Shown: positions 29,193 through 38,890 of the stretch, piece after piece
Layout: each line of letters starts with the position of its first letter
Numbering within the stretch: position 1 is the first letter of the stretch
Sequence record: OR142618.1
Strand: one strand, 5' to 3'
Length of the DNA: 64,000 bases
Translations under genes and position numbers: made by a program
Notes under the pieces: model-generated
Told to the model about the DNA's origin: nothing
Seen by the model: only the letters and a program-made list of their open reading frames with translations
The model's database searches: none

Positions 29193-29525
29193 ATGAATAC
29201 TATCAGTGTAAGAAATATGCGTTATATTGTACGTGGTTTTGTTACTCATGCAATTGCCCAGGGTTATTCAGTTTCCGTTTATGAAGGGGGTGATTGGGCG
29301 ATCGAGAAGAGTACTTCTGTAAAAGATATTATGAATTCTATCATGTCTACTGACAGTGATACATTCTGTATTTATAATGCAGAGAAAGTGAAGGTAGGTC
29401 ATGTATATTGCATTTATTGCAATAGTGATTACGAAGTTATTGCAGATTACACCGATTCACCTCTTATGCAATCGATTCTCGTCGAAGCTCTACGCAGAGC
29501 AAATCGAATAGAAGAACTGAGCTGA
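29193..29525 (+). CDS. hypothetical phage protein
   Basis: AGGAG RBS; terminator at 29528-29558. Confidence 0.8.
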   Translation: MNTISVRNMRYIVRGFVTHAIAQGYSVSVYEGGDWAIEKSTSVKDIMNSIMSTDSDTFCIYNAEKVKVGHVYCIYCNSDYEVIADYTDSPLMQSILVEALRRANRIEELS

Positions 29526-29527
29526 GA

Positions 29528-29558
29528 AAAAGAAGCAGGAATAATTCCTGCTTCTTTT
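29528..29558 (+). terminator. intrinsic terminator
   Basis: aaaagaagcagga-ataa-ttcctgcttctttt. Confidence 0.8.
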
Positions 29559-29630
29559 GTATGTTACAAGTTAAACAAGATTAATTTGCATTTGCTATGT
29601 AATAATATTTTCTATTGAATTAAATATTAT

Positions 29631-29867
29631 ATGTGTTACTATATGCACAATGCTGTTAAACAAAGCGATAAATTAATAGCTATGGCAAATAAATTACATA
29701 TCATCTGTGCAAAATGTGGTAGCACTCTTATAAACATAAAAATACCAAAGGTATGTGCAGATGATCCATTAAATGTAGTATATTTTTCGTGCGAAAACTG
29801 TAAGGAACTTACAGGCATATACGAATGGGCAGAAACAAATAATCGCAAAGTAGTCGACGATAGGTAA
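29631..29867 (+). CDS. small Zn-finger protein
   Basis: CAKCGS...CENCKE. Confidence 0.6.
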   Translation: MCYYMHNAVKQSDKLIAMANKLHIICAKCGSTLINIKIPKVCADDPLNVVYFSCENCKELTGIYEWAETNNRKVVDDR

Positions 29868-29874
29868 GAAGTAA

Positions 29875-30180
29875 ATGGAAGCATATACAGATCATCCTAT
29901 CCTAATGATCGGCGATGTTCCGTATGAAGAAGCACCTATAAGAAAAATAATTATAAAAGGTTATGATTTTAAATATATCTGGGCAGTATACTATTATATG
30001 GATTTAATTCCTATAAGGGTTCAGATAAAACGCTGTTATGTGTACGAAACTCCGGGTAGAGTAGGTTATGTAAAATCTATTAGAGAAGAAGTATTAAGAA
30101 AACGCAAAAAGAAACAACGTGACATATGTGAATACGATACATATCAAGATGAAGACGATTTTTGGAAAGGAATGTATTAA
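29875..30180 (+). CDS. hypothetical phage protein
   Basis: AYTDHP...GD...APIR...YD motif of a type seen in lytic-phage hypotheticals. Confidence 0.75.
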   Translation: MEAYTDHPILMIGDVPYEEAPIRKIIIKGYDFKYIWAVYYYMDLIPIRVQIKRCYVYETPGRVGYVKSIREEVLRKRKKKQRDICEYDTYQDEDDFWKGMY

Positions 30181-30181
30181 A

Positions 30182-30475
30182 ATGCATAATACCCGTATTG
30201 TTGTTCGACTCAATGTTATCACTCCTATTTCAACTGCCAATGGCGTTGTAGTTGATTCGGTAGTCCGCGGGCATCGAGCAGGCATTAAGCAAGGCAAACA
30301 AATGTATCATGTTTATTCTATTCAAACAGGCGAGTATCTCGGTTTGAAATCAGAAGACGACGTAAGTGAAATTAAACCGTCTTCGTATGAAGAATTTCTT
30401 ACTCCGAGAACAATTACTTCAACTGAAGTAGAACAAATTAAATCTTCTTTCGAGTGGTACGAAGCTAACATTTGA
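30182..30475 (+). CDS. hypothetical protein
   Basis: ATG at 30182; terminator at 30478-30506. Confidence 0.7.
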   Translation: MHNTRIVVRLNVITPISTANGVVVDSVVRGHRAGIKQGKQMYHVYSIQTGEYLGLKSEDDVSEIKPSSYEEFLTPRTITSTEVEQIKSSFEWYEANI

Positions 30476-30709
30476 TATAAAGGGGGAATTATCCCCCTTT
30501 ATTTTTCTTTTATAAACATAAATAATTCGCATTTGCACCGAAGATGCTTTATAACGCATAAATTTACATAGCTAATACATACATATTGCTAACGTTAAAA
30601 AGCGCGTTATATAGCTTATAATTGCATATTGTGCAATGCATTTGTTGGTGTTATATTAAACATGCGCAACAATCAACTATACAAAAACATTTATTATGGA
30701 GATACAACA

Positions 30710-31000
30710 ATGAAAAATACACTGTGTCTCGTTGCATTTTTGGGTCTCACAGTAATAGCTCATACTTATGCAGCAGATTCTGCAAATAAAGACGTGAGCA
30801 CCCTCACTATGGAACAGGATCTAGAAACATATCTAAACGAAGAGTTTGGATTAACAGGGAAAGTTAATTGCAATAATGCTGTTAACGGAATGTTCGAGTG
30901 TGTCATGCACGACGGACAAAAGAAATACATGTTTGCATGTAATGCAGAAGACAGTGTATGCATAGTAGTATCTGTCCCGATTAAAGGAATTCGGTTATGA
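30710..31000 (+). CDS. secreted/periplasmic protein with signal peptide and Cys pairs
   Basis: GGAG RBS; MKNTLCLVAFLGLTVIAHTYA signal-like N-terminus. Confidence 0.7.
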   Translation: MKNTLCLVAFLGLTVIAHTYAADSANKDVSTLTMEQDLETYLNEEFGLTGKVNCNNAVNGMFECVMHDGQKKYMFACNAEDSVCIVVSVPIKGIRL

Positions 31001-31185
31001 AAAAAGCTCTTTCAAGTGTAATAGGTATCATTGTTCTGTTACTAGGCGTATTTATGGTAGATAATCCTACAATAGGATTAATGCTAGGAGGGTTAGTAGG
31101 TAGTTATATTTTCAGCATAGGCGGAGTAATTCTATGTGTTATATCGTTTATGATATTTGCACTTGCCTTTGTTGAGATGAAATGA
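30997..31185 (+). CDS. small membrane protein
   Basis: Almost entirely hydrophobic; ATGA overlap. Confidence 0.65.
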   Translation: MKKALSSVIGIIVLLLGVFMVDNPTIGLMLGGLVGSYIFSIGGVILCVISFMIFALAFVEMK

Positions 31186-31383
31186 ATGATTTATTTAAGT
31201 ATTTGGACATTTGTATCTATAATAGTATCGATATATCATAATATTTTAACTATAAAAATGCATAAACAGGTACTGTTGTATAAAGATTATACTTTTTATA
31301 AGGAAAGATTAGATTTTGTCTGTAATAGTTATATATTTTTCAATGTAATATTCTTCATTTTCATTGCATGCGTTACAAAATAG
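31186..31383 (+). CDS. small membrane protein
   Basis: Two hydrophobic segments. Confidence 0.55.
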   Translation: MIYLSIWTFVSIIVSIYHNILTIKMHKQVLLYKDYTFYKERLDFVCNSYIFFNVIFFIFIACVTK

Positions 31384-31407
31384 ATCACAAAAAGTTTTAA
31401 AATTCAG

Positions 31408-31436
31408 TTTACAGCATGCATAGTTTTACGTATTAT
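31408..31436 (+). promoter_or_regulatory. sigma70-type promoter
   Basis: TTTACA-17-TATTAT. Confidence 0.65.
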
Positions 31437-31442
31437 AAACAC

Positions 31443-31945
31443 ACAAAGCAATACAGCATAACGCATTGTAAGCAACACTAAACGGGAGACACCGTCCCGC
31501 AAGCAGCCCGCCCGCGATGTTCGCGGGCTGCGGCAAACAGGTGTACAAGGTCTAGTAACGTGGAAGGCGCAGCATACCTTTCCTTAAATCGGAAATCGGT
31601 CAATGACGTACCTGCCCCTGGACACTGCTAGACCTTGCTGCTACAGGCGGGACAGCTACAAAGGTACACTGTATGTATCTATGCTTTACCCCGCTTTGTA
31701 GCAGGTCTTAAAACGGTCTACTGGCATATGCCTTAGTGCTAGTAGGAATCATTAACCTAAAACTATTATATGCTTCCTGGAGGTGAAGAGTATGCCGCCG
31801 CAGCATTAAATATACATTATGATGATGATAATTATGAATGCCGAAACACCGCTTCGATTCGTTTAAAAGACAGATGTCTGAATCGAATGTTTTTGGGCAA
31901 AAAGGTCCCTTAGATGGGATTTTTTTGCGGCTGCTAACTAGCAAA
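31443..31945 (+). ncRNA. putative ~500-nt two-domain structured RNA (ncRNA-4)
   Basis: GC-rich and ORF-free; nested helices gtcccgc/gcgggac, caaggtctag/ctagaccttg, gcagcccgc/gcgggctgc, gctacaaag/ctttgtagc, tgctagt/actagca. Confidence 0.7.
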
Positions 31946-32042
31946 CGCGAATTAATCTTATTTGCAATTTAAGAAAAATACCAGTTGACTGTAGCTTGCT
32001 AACATAGTACATTTAACTCATAAATCCGCAGGAGTAGCAGTT

Positions 32043-32210
32043 ATGTCGCTGAAAAAGAAACTTTTAAATTCTGTGCAGATTAAATATTTCGGCAACATTT
32101 ATACTTACATTTATGATGCCGTTCATGACGTTATTTATTTCGATAACCAGCAAATGTCTTATGCTGAATTTGAAGAGGCAGTAGACTGTAAGCTAGGAGA
32201 AGTTCTGTGA
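32043..32210 (+). CDS. 55-aa hypothetical protein
   Basis: TTGACT-17-TACATT promoter at 31985; GCAGGAG RBS. Confidence 0.7.
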   Translation: MSLKKKLLNSVQIKYFGNIYTYIYDAVHDVIYFDNQQMSYAEFEEAVDCKLGEVL

Positions 32211-32482
32211 ATGAATATGTTGATACACACAGAGCTAAAAGAATACTAATAATTTCTTCTATATGTTTTTTTGTAACTGGCATTCTGATAGGATACAGCC
32301 TAGCGTCGAATTCTGAGTCTGCTTCGTTATATATGCAGTATAAAGAACTTGTAAAGTCTTGCGAAGCAGAATTGCCAAGAAATGAAAATTGCCAAGTAAT
32401 CGTATATGCTATACCAACACCCGAAGTAGAAGAAGAGAAACTAGAAATACAAACAATTCTTAAAGGGGTCGAAATAAAATGA
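32207..32482 (+). CDS. membrane-anchored hypothetical protein
   Basis: AGGAG RBS, GTG start, one TM segment. Confidence 0.7.
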   Translation: MNEYVDTHRAKRILIISSICFFVTGILIGYSLASNSESASLYMQYKELVKSCEAELPRNENCQVIVYAIPTPEVEEEKLEIQTILKGVEIK

Positions 32483-32715
32483 GCGTATACTGTAATTGCA
32501 TAGCATGCGGTGGAGATGATCCGTATGCTGTATGTGAAAATGTGTTAATGGATATCCAAAAGCACAAATATAATACTGGTCCCAGCTGGGGGCTGGTAGT
32601 TGCGGCAGTATTGTGTTTGGTAGGAATGGGATTAGCAGGTAACGCAGCACTATCTGATAAAAAAGAAACACCGTGCGAAACTACACAACAAAAACAAGAG
32701 GTGTATAATGAGTAA
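32479..32715 (+). CDS. small Cys-motif membrane protein
   Basis: CNCIACGG plus one TM segment. Confidence 0.65.
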   Translation: MSVYCNCIACGGDDPYAVCENVLMDIQKHKYNTGPSWGLVVAAVLCLVGMGLAGNAALSDKKETPCETTQQKQEVYNE

Positions 32716-32914
32716 CAAAACAACAGACATGCTGGTAGATGAATTTCTGTGCGAGCGTGCATCTTTTTCTCCGTTTAGCGAAGGTGTTCATGCAGCTAAA
32801 CTAGGGCAGAAATATACAGACTGCCCGTATACCAAAAATGAGCCGTATGAACGTAACGAATGGATTCGAGGACATCAAATGTGGCATGATTATTCTGTTC
32901 AACAATACAAATAA
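32708..32914 (+). CDS. Rmf/CrpP-fold protein (ribosome modulation factor-like)
   Basis: EG-VH-A-AKL-G-QKYTD-CPY-x7-R-NE-W-IR-G matches the RMF pattern G-x2-A-x3-G-x5-CPY-xn-R-x2-W-x2-G. Confidence 0.65.
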   Translation: MSNKTTDMLVDEFLCERASFSPFSEGVHAAKLGQKYTDCPYTKNEPYERNEWIRGHQMWHDYSVQQYK

Positions 32915-32929
32915 TATTCAGGGGATATT

Positions 32930-33133
32930 ATGAAGAAACTATCTATGTGCGATTTTGCCAAATGGAAGGCAAACTATTATAGCACTAATAAATCCGGTCA
33001 GCCACTCCGTCTAGGACAAGCATTTATTAACGAATTTTCCGAACAGGGTGATATGCCTCAGCCAAATCTATATTATGAAGAAGATAATGCAACTGCTGAG
33101 CTTATCATTCTAGAAAAATACATTATATACTAA
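32930..33133 (+). CDS. hypothetical phage protein
   Basis: RLGQAFIN motif; GGGG RBS. Confidence 0.7.
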   Translation: MKKLSMCDFAKWKANYYSTNKSGQPLRLGQAFINEFSEQGDMPQPNLYYEEDNATAELIILEKYIIY

Positions 33134-33143
33134 GGAAGTAGTA

Positions 33144-33338
33144 ATGTATCTTGCACACCTATTCGCTTTGGTCCCGTCTATGTTTGCAGTATTAATTAAT
33201 GCTATCTTTATTAAATACGGTTTGGGACCTGCTTCTATAATAGTATTTATGGCCTTAGTTGTAACTGTAACAGGAATTGGGTCTGTAATAGATATGATGC
33301 GTGCATTGTCTGAAGTAGACAATATTATTGATAGATAA
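33144..33338 (+). CDS. small membrane protein
   Basis: Two TM segments; AAGGA RBS. Confidence 0.65.
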   Translation: MYLAHLFALVPSMFAVLINAIFIKYGLGPASIIVFMALVVTVTGIGSVIDMMRALSEVDNIIDR

Positions 33339-33369
33339 TATTTACATATTCGTAGTAAAAAGAGAAATT

Positions 33370-33669
33370 ATGAAACTCAACGAAGTTACTACAATTTCTG
33401 ATCTAGACAATATTCCTGTCACTGACAAATTTATAGTTGTCGGCGAAGATATGGTAGGTCTTGCTTTTATCGATAACGATGGAAAGTTAAATGATGGATT
33501 CTTTTTTGAGTGTACTTATACTCAGAATAAGGAACAAATATTTAAAGCTGTTCAACAATTGAAAAAACAAGTAGATGAATTAAATAATTGTAATAAAGAG
33601 AAAGTTATAGCACATATCATGCGAGCTCCTGAGTTTGCATATGTTTGGGTATACTTTGAACAAAAATAA
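33370..33669 (+). CDS. hypothetical protein
   Basis: ATG at 33370 in track ORF 33328. Confidence 0.65.
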   Translation: MKLNEVTTISDLDNIPVTDKFIVVGEDMVGLAFIDNDGKLNDGFFFECTYTQNKEQIFKAVQQLKKQVDELNNCNKEKVIAHIMRAPEFAYVWVYFEQK

Positions 33670-33951
33670 TAGTTCTATATTTTTTGATATATGCAAACGC
33701 AAATAATTAGAATTTGCAGAACCTGTTACAAACTTTCTGTTTATATAAAATACAATCATGCTATAATAGTTTATAATAAAAATGTAAGCATATAGCACCA
33801 AAAGAACAAAGATGAAGTTCATTCTTTGTCTAAAGATTAAGTTTGCTGAGAATTTTGATAAGAAACTTCAACTGCTAGATATTATATCAATAGTGCATTT
33901 ATCATGCATTGAACAGAAAAGAAGTACTCTTTTATCTACGAGGAAAAGCAA

Positions 33952-34167
33952 ATGAAATACAAAATCATTCTTCAAAACCGTAGCAATGGTGTTGTCGCTG
34001 AATTTTCGGTAGATAACGAAATTAACCCCGAGATCATGGATACTTCTATTATTGTTCATGAAGGGACATCGTATATGTTTACTGGCCAGCGCGGTTCTTA
34101 CTACGATATCCTTTATTTTAGTGAAATATATAAGACTATTAACACGACAGACCTGTCTTTGCTATAA
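33952..34167 (+). CDS. hypothetical protein
   Basis: GAGG RBS. Confidence 0.75.
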   Translation: MKYKIILQNRSNGVVAEFSVDNEINPEIMDTSIIVHEGTSYMFTGQRGSYYDILYFSEIYKTINTTDLSLL

Positions 34168-34240
34168 CAGAAAACGCTTTACAATAGCTCTAAATGTGCT
34201 ATTATGTAGTTGTACATAAAACAACGCAGGAGATTATATC

Positions 34241-34438
34241 ATGCGTAGCACACTCGGAGTAGAACATGCATCGAGAGAAATTCTTTCTGCATGGGTTGAT
34301 GTAATGCAGCAACTCAACTGTGAGCATTTCTATAGCGAACTGAAAGACAATGCAGTTCGCTTAGATTTACAGGAATATATGTATACTGAACGTCTCGTTC
34401 AGTATTATACAGATCTTCCAGTCACTAATGCTGGTTGA
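34241..34438 (+). CDS. hypothetical protein
   Basis: GCAGGAG RBS; own promoter; terminator at 34469-34498. Confidence 0.75.
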   Translation: MRSTLGVEHASREILSAWVDVMQQLNCEHFYSELKDNAVRLDLQEYMYTERLVQYYTDLPVTNAG

Positions 34439-34617
34439 TGCCGTCGCCGGGCGTGAACTACATTTATTAGGAAAGGGGTTTTAAGCCCCTTTCCTTTTGA
34501 ATGTTAAGTGTAAGTGCAAATTAATCTTATTTACTTGTTACAATTTAGTTCTTGAATTCACACATAATAGTATGTATAGTTTTAATATATAAGATACCAA
34601 CATGTGAGATTGTAAAA

Positions 34618-35070
34618 ATGAAACTTCATAAAATGAATGGTAATGTTTTTATTCGGTTTGAAGTAGATACTTCATCGGATAATTTTGTAGAGAAGGTTTA
34701 CGAAGAAATTATGCAACTTCCTGCAAAATTGTATTTCGAAAAGATAGAACGTAGAACTTGGTTCTGTAGCTTTTACACAGGCTACGACGAATTGGTAGAA
34801 TTCGTTAATGAAATAAAAGACAGAGTTAGTTCAGAAGGTGTTTTCTTTGACAGGCCATTGCAGCTAACTCTTATCAATTCGGGCGGGGTAGAAGTAAATA
34901 TTTCCGATATAGAACCAGATCTTCACTATCTCTTTGATAACGATATTACAACTACAAAACTTATCTCTATGGAAGGATCCTGCAATATGGTAGATTTGCT
35001 CATGTGCGAATGGGTACCTATTAGCATTCGAACTTCTATTGCTAAGGCATTTACTGACAAATTTTTATAA
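34618..35070 (+). CDS. hypothetical protein
   Basis: ATG at 34618 in track ORF 34552. Confidence 0.7.
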   Translation: MKLHKMNGNVFIRFEVDTSSDNFVEKVYEEIMQLPAKLYFEKIERRTWFCSFYTGYDELVEFVNEIKDRVSSEGVFFDRPLQLTLINSGGVEVNISDIEPDLHYLFDNDITTTKLISMEGSCNMVDLLMCEWVPISIRTSIAKAFTDKFL

Positions 35071-35162
35071 TAAAATACCTGTTGACGCATATAGCAATAT
35101 GCGCAATAATATGCACGAAAGCAAGAACAGATCCAAATAACCTTTTTATAAGAGATTATATT

Positions 35163-35810
35163 ATGTCTAAGTATCTTTCTTTTAGCGTAAACGTAGACAT
35201 GGACAACACTGGTCTGTTGAAATGGTTGCGTCCTACCACCGGTCGGTTGGATGGATTCGAAGAGAGTGTTAAAAACTTCGTTTCTTCTTTCCGCTCAGTC
35301 GAGTCGAGCCCTACGGTGTTTCAAGTTTACGATGACGATAACCAGCCGTTGCAAGTAAGCAACATGAGCTGCTTCTTCCGATACTTTCCGGTGTATGGTA
35401 TGTGCCTTGCACCGGGTTCGATGGTCCGGGAACAATATCGTCGGGAGATCCTCGACTACACTACTGACGAGTTCTGTTCATTCAGTAACTACTTCAGTGA
35501 CGGCAAGGCCATCCGCGGCGGGGCAGTCTTGTGGTGGGATGTAGAGAAAGACTTGGTATGGTCTGTTAGTCCCGAATTGATTCGCCTCGTATATGCCCGC
35601 TTGCAAAGCGATCTGGACATCGGGTGGTATCATCTCGGGCAAGAAGTTATGGCTGTAGTTCCCCTTCGTTCGTATCCCAACGATGTTGCCCGATGGAAAT
35701 ATGTACAAGGTAATATCTGCGGCATCGACGATCAAGTGAGCATTCGCAGCAATGTCGACGGTCGAGTCACCCGGCTTAATTGGGAATACATCGTGACCCA
35801 AGGGGGATAA
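35163..35810 (+). CDS. hypothetical protein, intermediate GC
   Basis: ATG at 35163 after a GAGA RBS-like site. Confidence 0.8.
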   Translation: MSKYLSFSVNVDMDNTGLLKWLRPTTGRLDGFEESVKNFVSSFRSVESSPTVFQVYDDDNQPLQVSNMSCFFRYFPVYGMCLAPGSMVREQYRREILDYTTDEFCSFSNYFSDGKAIRGGAVLWWDVEKDLVWSVSPELIRLVYARLQSDLDIGWYHLGQEVMAVVPLRSYPNDVARWKYVQGNICGIDDQVSIRSNVDGRVTRLNWEYIVTQGG

Positions 35811-35811
35811 T

Positions 35812-36039
35812 ATGGGCGGTCTTGCTAATATAGTTGCATGCATAGCTTCTATTGTTGCAATTGTTACTGGAAATATCTGGTATTTTATCGCACTGTTGCT
35901 ATGCACAGCATTTATGTCGCCCGAACGAAAAGGATCATTAATTGATGTATTTTCGGTCATTGTCGGGATTGGTGCTATATTTAACGGAGACATTGCATGG
36001 GGCATAGTGTTCATAGCATTAGTGATAATAGTTAAATAA
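35812..36039 (+). CDS. small multi-TM membrane protein
   Basis: Highly hydrophobic; terminator at 36041-36067. Confidence 0.7.
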   Translation: MGGLANIVACIASIVAIVTGNIWYFIALLLCTAFMSPERKGSLIDVFSVIVGIGAIFNGDIAWGIVFIALVIIVK

Positions 36040-36081
36040 AAAGGAAGGGGTTTAACCCCTTCCTTTCTATGCAGGTGTTAA

Positions 36082-36231
36082 ATGTCATCAATTTTTTATC
36101 TTAGCAATTTAACAGAATACATAGTAATTTTAAACAATAAAAGAATAAAAATAAGTGCCAAGAAATATTCTATAGGATATGTATCACTAGAAACACCTCG
36201 GCGCACAATTTACTGGACACTTTTTAAATGA
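36082..36231 (+). CDS. single-unit micro-protein, 49 aa
   Basis: MSSIFYLSNLTEYI. Confidence 0.5.
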   Translation: MSSIFYLSNLTEYIVILNNKRIKISAKKYSIGYVSLETPRRTIYWTLFK

Positions 36232-36473
36232 AATACAATAATCGTATCTAAATAGCTACCTACCTTTATATCAAAAACCATTCTATTAAATATATTTCCC
36301 AAATCATATTACAAAAGTTATATTTGAATTTTGGATTCTTATCTCAACCTTGCATTGCAATATAAAATGCGAATATGAGTGTGCTGTATGTGTTTGCATA
36401 CGCATGTACATACGCATAAACGTATTAAGAAATACAATTTATTTTATCCTATACGATTATCTTTAATACCTAT

Positions 36474-36818
36474 ATGTTGTTTGATAATAAAAGTATAATA
36501 AGTAAAAGACATTATCCATTGTATAATGGTTTTAATATATTTCGCTGTAGTGTCGGATGTATATATTTTTCATATGATAAAATGTCATTTATTCACGACA
36601 TATTCATGCAAACCATTTCGTTGTTCCTTACGACGTTATTATTGTTTTTACTTATAACTCCTTTATATTATATAGGATTGAAAAATCCAGTCAATATAAC
36701 TACATTTGTTTCGTGTTTAATAATAACCATTCTTATAACAAGTTATTATTTTATGTCAGTTTTGACTTATATATTCTGTATTACCGTTCAGTCAATAATT
36801 TATAAAAGAAAGAAATAA
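36474..36818 (+). CDS. membrane protein (AT-rich)
   Basis: C-terminal hydrophobic segments. Confidence 0.5.
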   Translation: MLFDNKSIISKRHYPLYNGFNIFRCSVGCIYFSYDKMSFIHDIFMQTISLFLTTLLLFLLITPLYYIGLKNPVNITTFVSCLIITILITSYYFMSVLTYIFCITVQSIIYKRKK

Positions 36819-36829
36819 TTTAGTTTCTT

Positions 36830-36906
36830 TTTCATTATCAATATCTTTTTCTTTTTCAATATCTTTTTCTTTATCTTTTTCTTTATCTTTTTCTTTATCT
36901 TTTATC
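36830..36906. repeat. atctttttcttt tandem tract
   Basis: About 4 copies of (t)atctttttcttt. Confidence 0.8.
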
Positions 36907-37029
36907 ATTGCAAATACAAATAATAATTATTCTTATTTGCATTTAGTGATGTAAATAATTCTTATTTGTATTTGCGATTAATTCTTATTTGCTACAATAG
37001 ATAGAATAAGAATAATTCACATTTGCAAT

Positions 37030-37139
37030 GCCGCTAAAAGCGCTGTAAGCGCTGTATATTGCGTAGTAGTGCTAAGCAATGCGTTAGTACAGCTACGCGC
37101 ACAAACGCTGTTATGCGCGCTTGTAGCGCGTTTTAGGGC
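37030..37139 (+). other. ~110-nt imperfect long hairpin
   Basis: ctaaaa/ttttag, gcgctgtaagcgc/gcgcttgtagcgc, gcgtag/ctacgc and gtgctaa/ttagtac; the mismatches are G-T on the + strand. Confidence 0.7.
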
Positions 37140-37374
37140 CCATGCGCATGCGTATACCTGTAGCTTTACATAGTAAAATGCAGAAAAGACGTCGTCTATT
37201 AACGTGCCTGTCTTAATAGAAATATACAATTGTACAATACCTGCGAAATCCTACACACTACAGACATGCAAACAAGCAATGTGCTTGCAAGCATAAAAGT
37301 TTTTAAAAAGTAGTAGACACAGTGTAGCATCCCTAGTAAGCTACACACATAAACAACACAACGGAGTACAAGCT

Positions 37375-37845
37375 ATGTCTAATGTAAGCATCCCTGCTGT
37401 AACTGTAGAGAACATCGGCACCCTGCGCATCGTGCGCACCGCTAACAAGGAGGTCGGAAGTGTGCTCGACCTAAAAGTTAACGGGGTAGTAGTAGGGCAA
37501 GCTTTCCCGCTCTACAGCACAAAAACCCAGCGTAGCTGGAACGCGAGCATGCACGCTACCGTTAACGGCGTAGAGGTGCAGTTTGCACAGGAAGGCGTGT
37601 TCAGTGCAATCCGCATTGCACGGGCGTTCGAGGATGCAGTAAAGCACGCCGTTAGCAACGGCGAACAAGGGCAACCCCTCCCCGCGCCGGCGGCGGCAGA
37701 AGCGCAAGCAGAAGCGCAAGCAGAAGCCCCGGCAGCGCAGACCGAGGATGCGCCGGAGACCCCGGCAGCCGAAGCTAAGCCCGCCCGCAAAGGCGGCAGC
37801 AAAGGCGGCAGCAAAGGCGGCAGCAAAGGCGGCAGCAAAAAGTAA
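37375..37845 (+). CDS. paralog B of three-member family; A/E/P linker and (KGGS)4 tail
   Basis: NGVVVGQ...STKTQRSWNA...AQEGVFSAIRIARA; TAGACA-17-TAAGCT promoter at 37314; GGAG RBS. Confidence 0.9.
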   Translation: MSNVSIPAVTVENIGTLRIVRTANKEVGSVLDLKVNGVVVGQAFPLYSTKTQRSWNASMHATVNGVEVQFAQEGVFSAIRIARAFEDAVKHAVSNGEQGQPLPAPAAAEAQAEAQAEAPAAQTEDAPETPAAEAKPARKGGSKGGSKGGSKGGSKK

Positions 37846-37999
37846 GCGCTGCTAACACAGGAAAGGGGCAACTGCCCCTTTCCTTTTATGTCCTAGTTGT
37901 AAACGCAAATTAATCTTATTTGCATTTGCACAAGTCATTCTCCGGTTGCATTACTGCGGTAAGATGTTAGTATATATGTAGCTATACGGAGTAATTGCT

Positions 38000-38230
38000 A
38001 TGAAGCGCAAGTACCTAAAGGCACAGTTCGAGCATGTCAGTGCCGGGCGAGTTGCAAAAGAACTCGACGAGAAGTTCAATTTCGTTGTAGGCGATAATGT
38101 ACACTACTGGGCCATCTTCGAAACTAATGTCAAACCCGAAGTTCTACAAAAGGCAATTCATGACATGAACGGTGGTGCTTACTGCCATGCATATTCTATT
38201 CCGTATGAGGATGTAGAGGAGTATCTCTAA
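38000..38230 (+). CDS. hypothetical protein
   Basis: GGAG RBS, immediately after joint promoter. Confidence 0.8.
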   Translation: MKRKYLKAQFEHVSAGRVAKELDEKFNFVVGDNVHYWAIFETNVKPEVLQKAIHDMNGGAYCHAYSIPYEDVEEYL

Positions 38231-38444
38231 TGCTCTACTATCGCGATGTTTATGCAGGTGTTTGCTGTTAAACTTGTATAGCCGGCACCAGGTCGCATAT
38301 AACACGCCTAGCCCCATGCAAACTGCGGACATGATCCATTCACGCCTGTAGCGTATGTTCGAAGAATTCGGTTGCAAGCCCGACGGTTGCTCTGCTAGCA
38401 TGTACGAGGATAAGACGCACATTACACTAGCCTGGAGCAAGTAA

Positions 38445-38735
38445 ATGGATATGTCGATTGTGAACAAGCGCTTCGAGAAAGAACTAGCGCTGTTTAATGT
38501 CGAAGTTCTCAGTAAGCGCACAGTGAATCATATAACGAAACCGAACATCGAAGTTTCGTTCAAACTAAAGGGTCATACTACTGAAGAAGAGATGACCACT
38601 GTTACTCAGCTCGCACGTCCCATTATGGAGTATGTAAGCGGACGTAGGGTGGTCTGGGCACATACCGGTCTTTGGCGCTCAATGAAAGACGACCTCGAAG
38701 TAGCAGTGCTGACAATGAAGTTATCCAAACAATAA
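38445..38735 (+). CDS. hypothetical protein
   Basis: GGAG RBS; followed by joint terminator. Confidence 0.75.
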   Translation: MDMSIVNKRFEKELALFNVEVLSKRTVNHITKPNIEVSFKLKGHTTEEEMTTVTQLARPIMEYVSGRRVVWAHTGLWRSMKDDLEVAVLTMKLSKQ

Positions 38736-38890
38736 GAGAAAGGGGCACTTGCCCCTTTCCTTTTATGTCCTAGTTGTAAATGCAAATTACTCTTATTTGC
38801 ATTTGCACAAGTCAATCTCCTGTTGCATTACTGCGGTAAGATGTTAGTATGTGTTTAGCAGTAACACATAACTAGCAGGAGCAACAGACA

